Source: a virus
Taxonomy: Duplodnaviria > Caudoviricetes
DNA: 33,104 bases
Strand: one strand, 5' to 3'
Virus record (IMG/VR): IMGVR_UViG_3300037484_000322
Coordinates: 1-33,104 of that record
Below, piece after piece: positions 32,493-33,104 of this stretch; positions within the stretch are counted from its first letter, which is position 1; every line of letters begins with the position of its first letter. Position numbers and translations under genes: made by a program. The notes beneath the pieces were generated by a model. That model did not search any database. It was not told the DNA's origin and saw nothing but the letters and a program-made list of their open reading frames with translations.

Positions 32493-32792
32493 GTGTTTGC
32501 TTCATCTCGCATCACGGTGACTGATGTGGCGACTTTGATTTTTCCTTCCTCGGTAAAGCGACAGGCAGTTATTGTAAGAAATCTTGATGATACAGATAGT
32601 ATCAAACTTGGTGGTGTAACAGTGACATATAATGTGAGTCCATCATCTGATGGATTTTCCTTACTTCCTGGTGAGGCAATGAGTTTTACATCTGACCAGT
32701 TTGTGAGAGAATCTAAAGCTTCATTATACGGGATTGCAGATACGTCAGTCTCAGTGCTTGTTGAAGTTCTTTCCCACGATTCGTCTGTCTAA
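32493..32792 (+). CDS. Small beta-sandwich virion protein
   Basis: Pattern 'VIVRN......LGG..VT.....GF.L.PGE.......LYGIA' seen in phage structural proteins. Confidence 0.55.
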   Translation: MFASSRITVTDVATLIFPSSVKRQAVIVRNLDDTDSIKLGGVTVTYNVSPSSDGFSLLPGEAMSFTSDQFVRESKASLYGIADTSVSVLVEVLSHDSSV

Positions 32793-32807
32793 GAGGCAAA
32801 GAGACTG

Positions 32808-33104
32808 ATGGAACTTATCCAGCCATCTGGAAGTGGTGTTCCTGGTCCTGCTGGTCCTGCTGGGGCATCGGGGGGAGGAATGGGTATGCCTGGTTTTGAT
32901 GGATTAGATGGTCAAGATGGACAGGATGGATTGCCTGGGTCTAAAGATCATGCTCAATTAAGTGGTGTCACACGGGATCAACATCACGACGAGCAGCACT
33001 TCCACGATGGTACTGTAGCACCGAATTCTAAGATTGAGCATATCAATCTAGCATTTGTTTCAGCCGATCAACATCATAATAAATCTCATGCCCACGATAA
33101 TGCA
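32808..33104 (+). CDS. Collagen-like / His-repeat fibre protein (3' truncated; absent from the ORF track)
   Basis: MELIQPSGSGVPGPAGPAG...GLDGQDGQDGLPG, followed by two 5-His repeats; open to the window end. Confidence 0.75.
   Translation, partial: MELIQPSGSGVPGPAGPAGASGGGMGMPGFDGLDGQDGQDGLPGSKDHAQLSGVTRDQHHDEQHFHDGTVAPNSKIEHINLAFVSADQHHNKSHAHDNA

Noticed and set aside
1-33104. Diversity-generating retroelement, introns/inteins, integrase, or stop-codon reassignment
   Set aside because: No reverse transcriptase, template repeat, homing endonuclease or recombinase motifs were seen. Core genes are intact and tightly packed under the standard code.

Overview
Most of a probably lytic podovirus-type phage genome, starting inside the scaffold gene. 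No terminase large subunit or portal gene was recognised, so these probably lie outside the window. The + strand carries a P22-like virion module at 1-11.8 kb: coat, gp4/gp10-like tail hub, needle and fibres, three ejection proteins, a tailspike-like fibre and holins. A second + block at 30.3-33.1 kb holds a tRNA-Ala, a beta-helix protein, terS and a fibre. The - strand (11.8-29.6 kb) carries early and replication genes: a family A polymerase with a degenerate UDG-like N-terminus, primase, RNA ligase, DnaB helicase, SSB, Cas4-like and RNase H-like nucleases, a resolvase, MazG, DUF5664, HAD, SLOG, DUF4326, a SleB-like hydrolase, and an amidoligase plus class II glutamine amidotransferase pair. 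Many unannotated Zn-finger and membrane microproteins fill the gaps. A control region at about 29.6-30.4 kb has divergent and convergent sigma70 promoters, four TGT-N12-ACA boxes and many hairpins. The most notable items are a non-canonical tRNA-Ala (A18, C33, G55, intact G3-U70), the amidoligase/GATase module, a 5-His repeat shared by three fibre proteins, and several intergenic structured-RNA candidates. All family calls come from recognising motifs by eye; no database searches were run.
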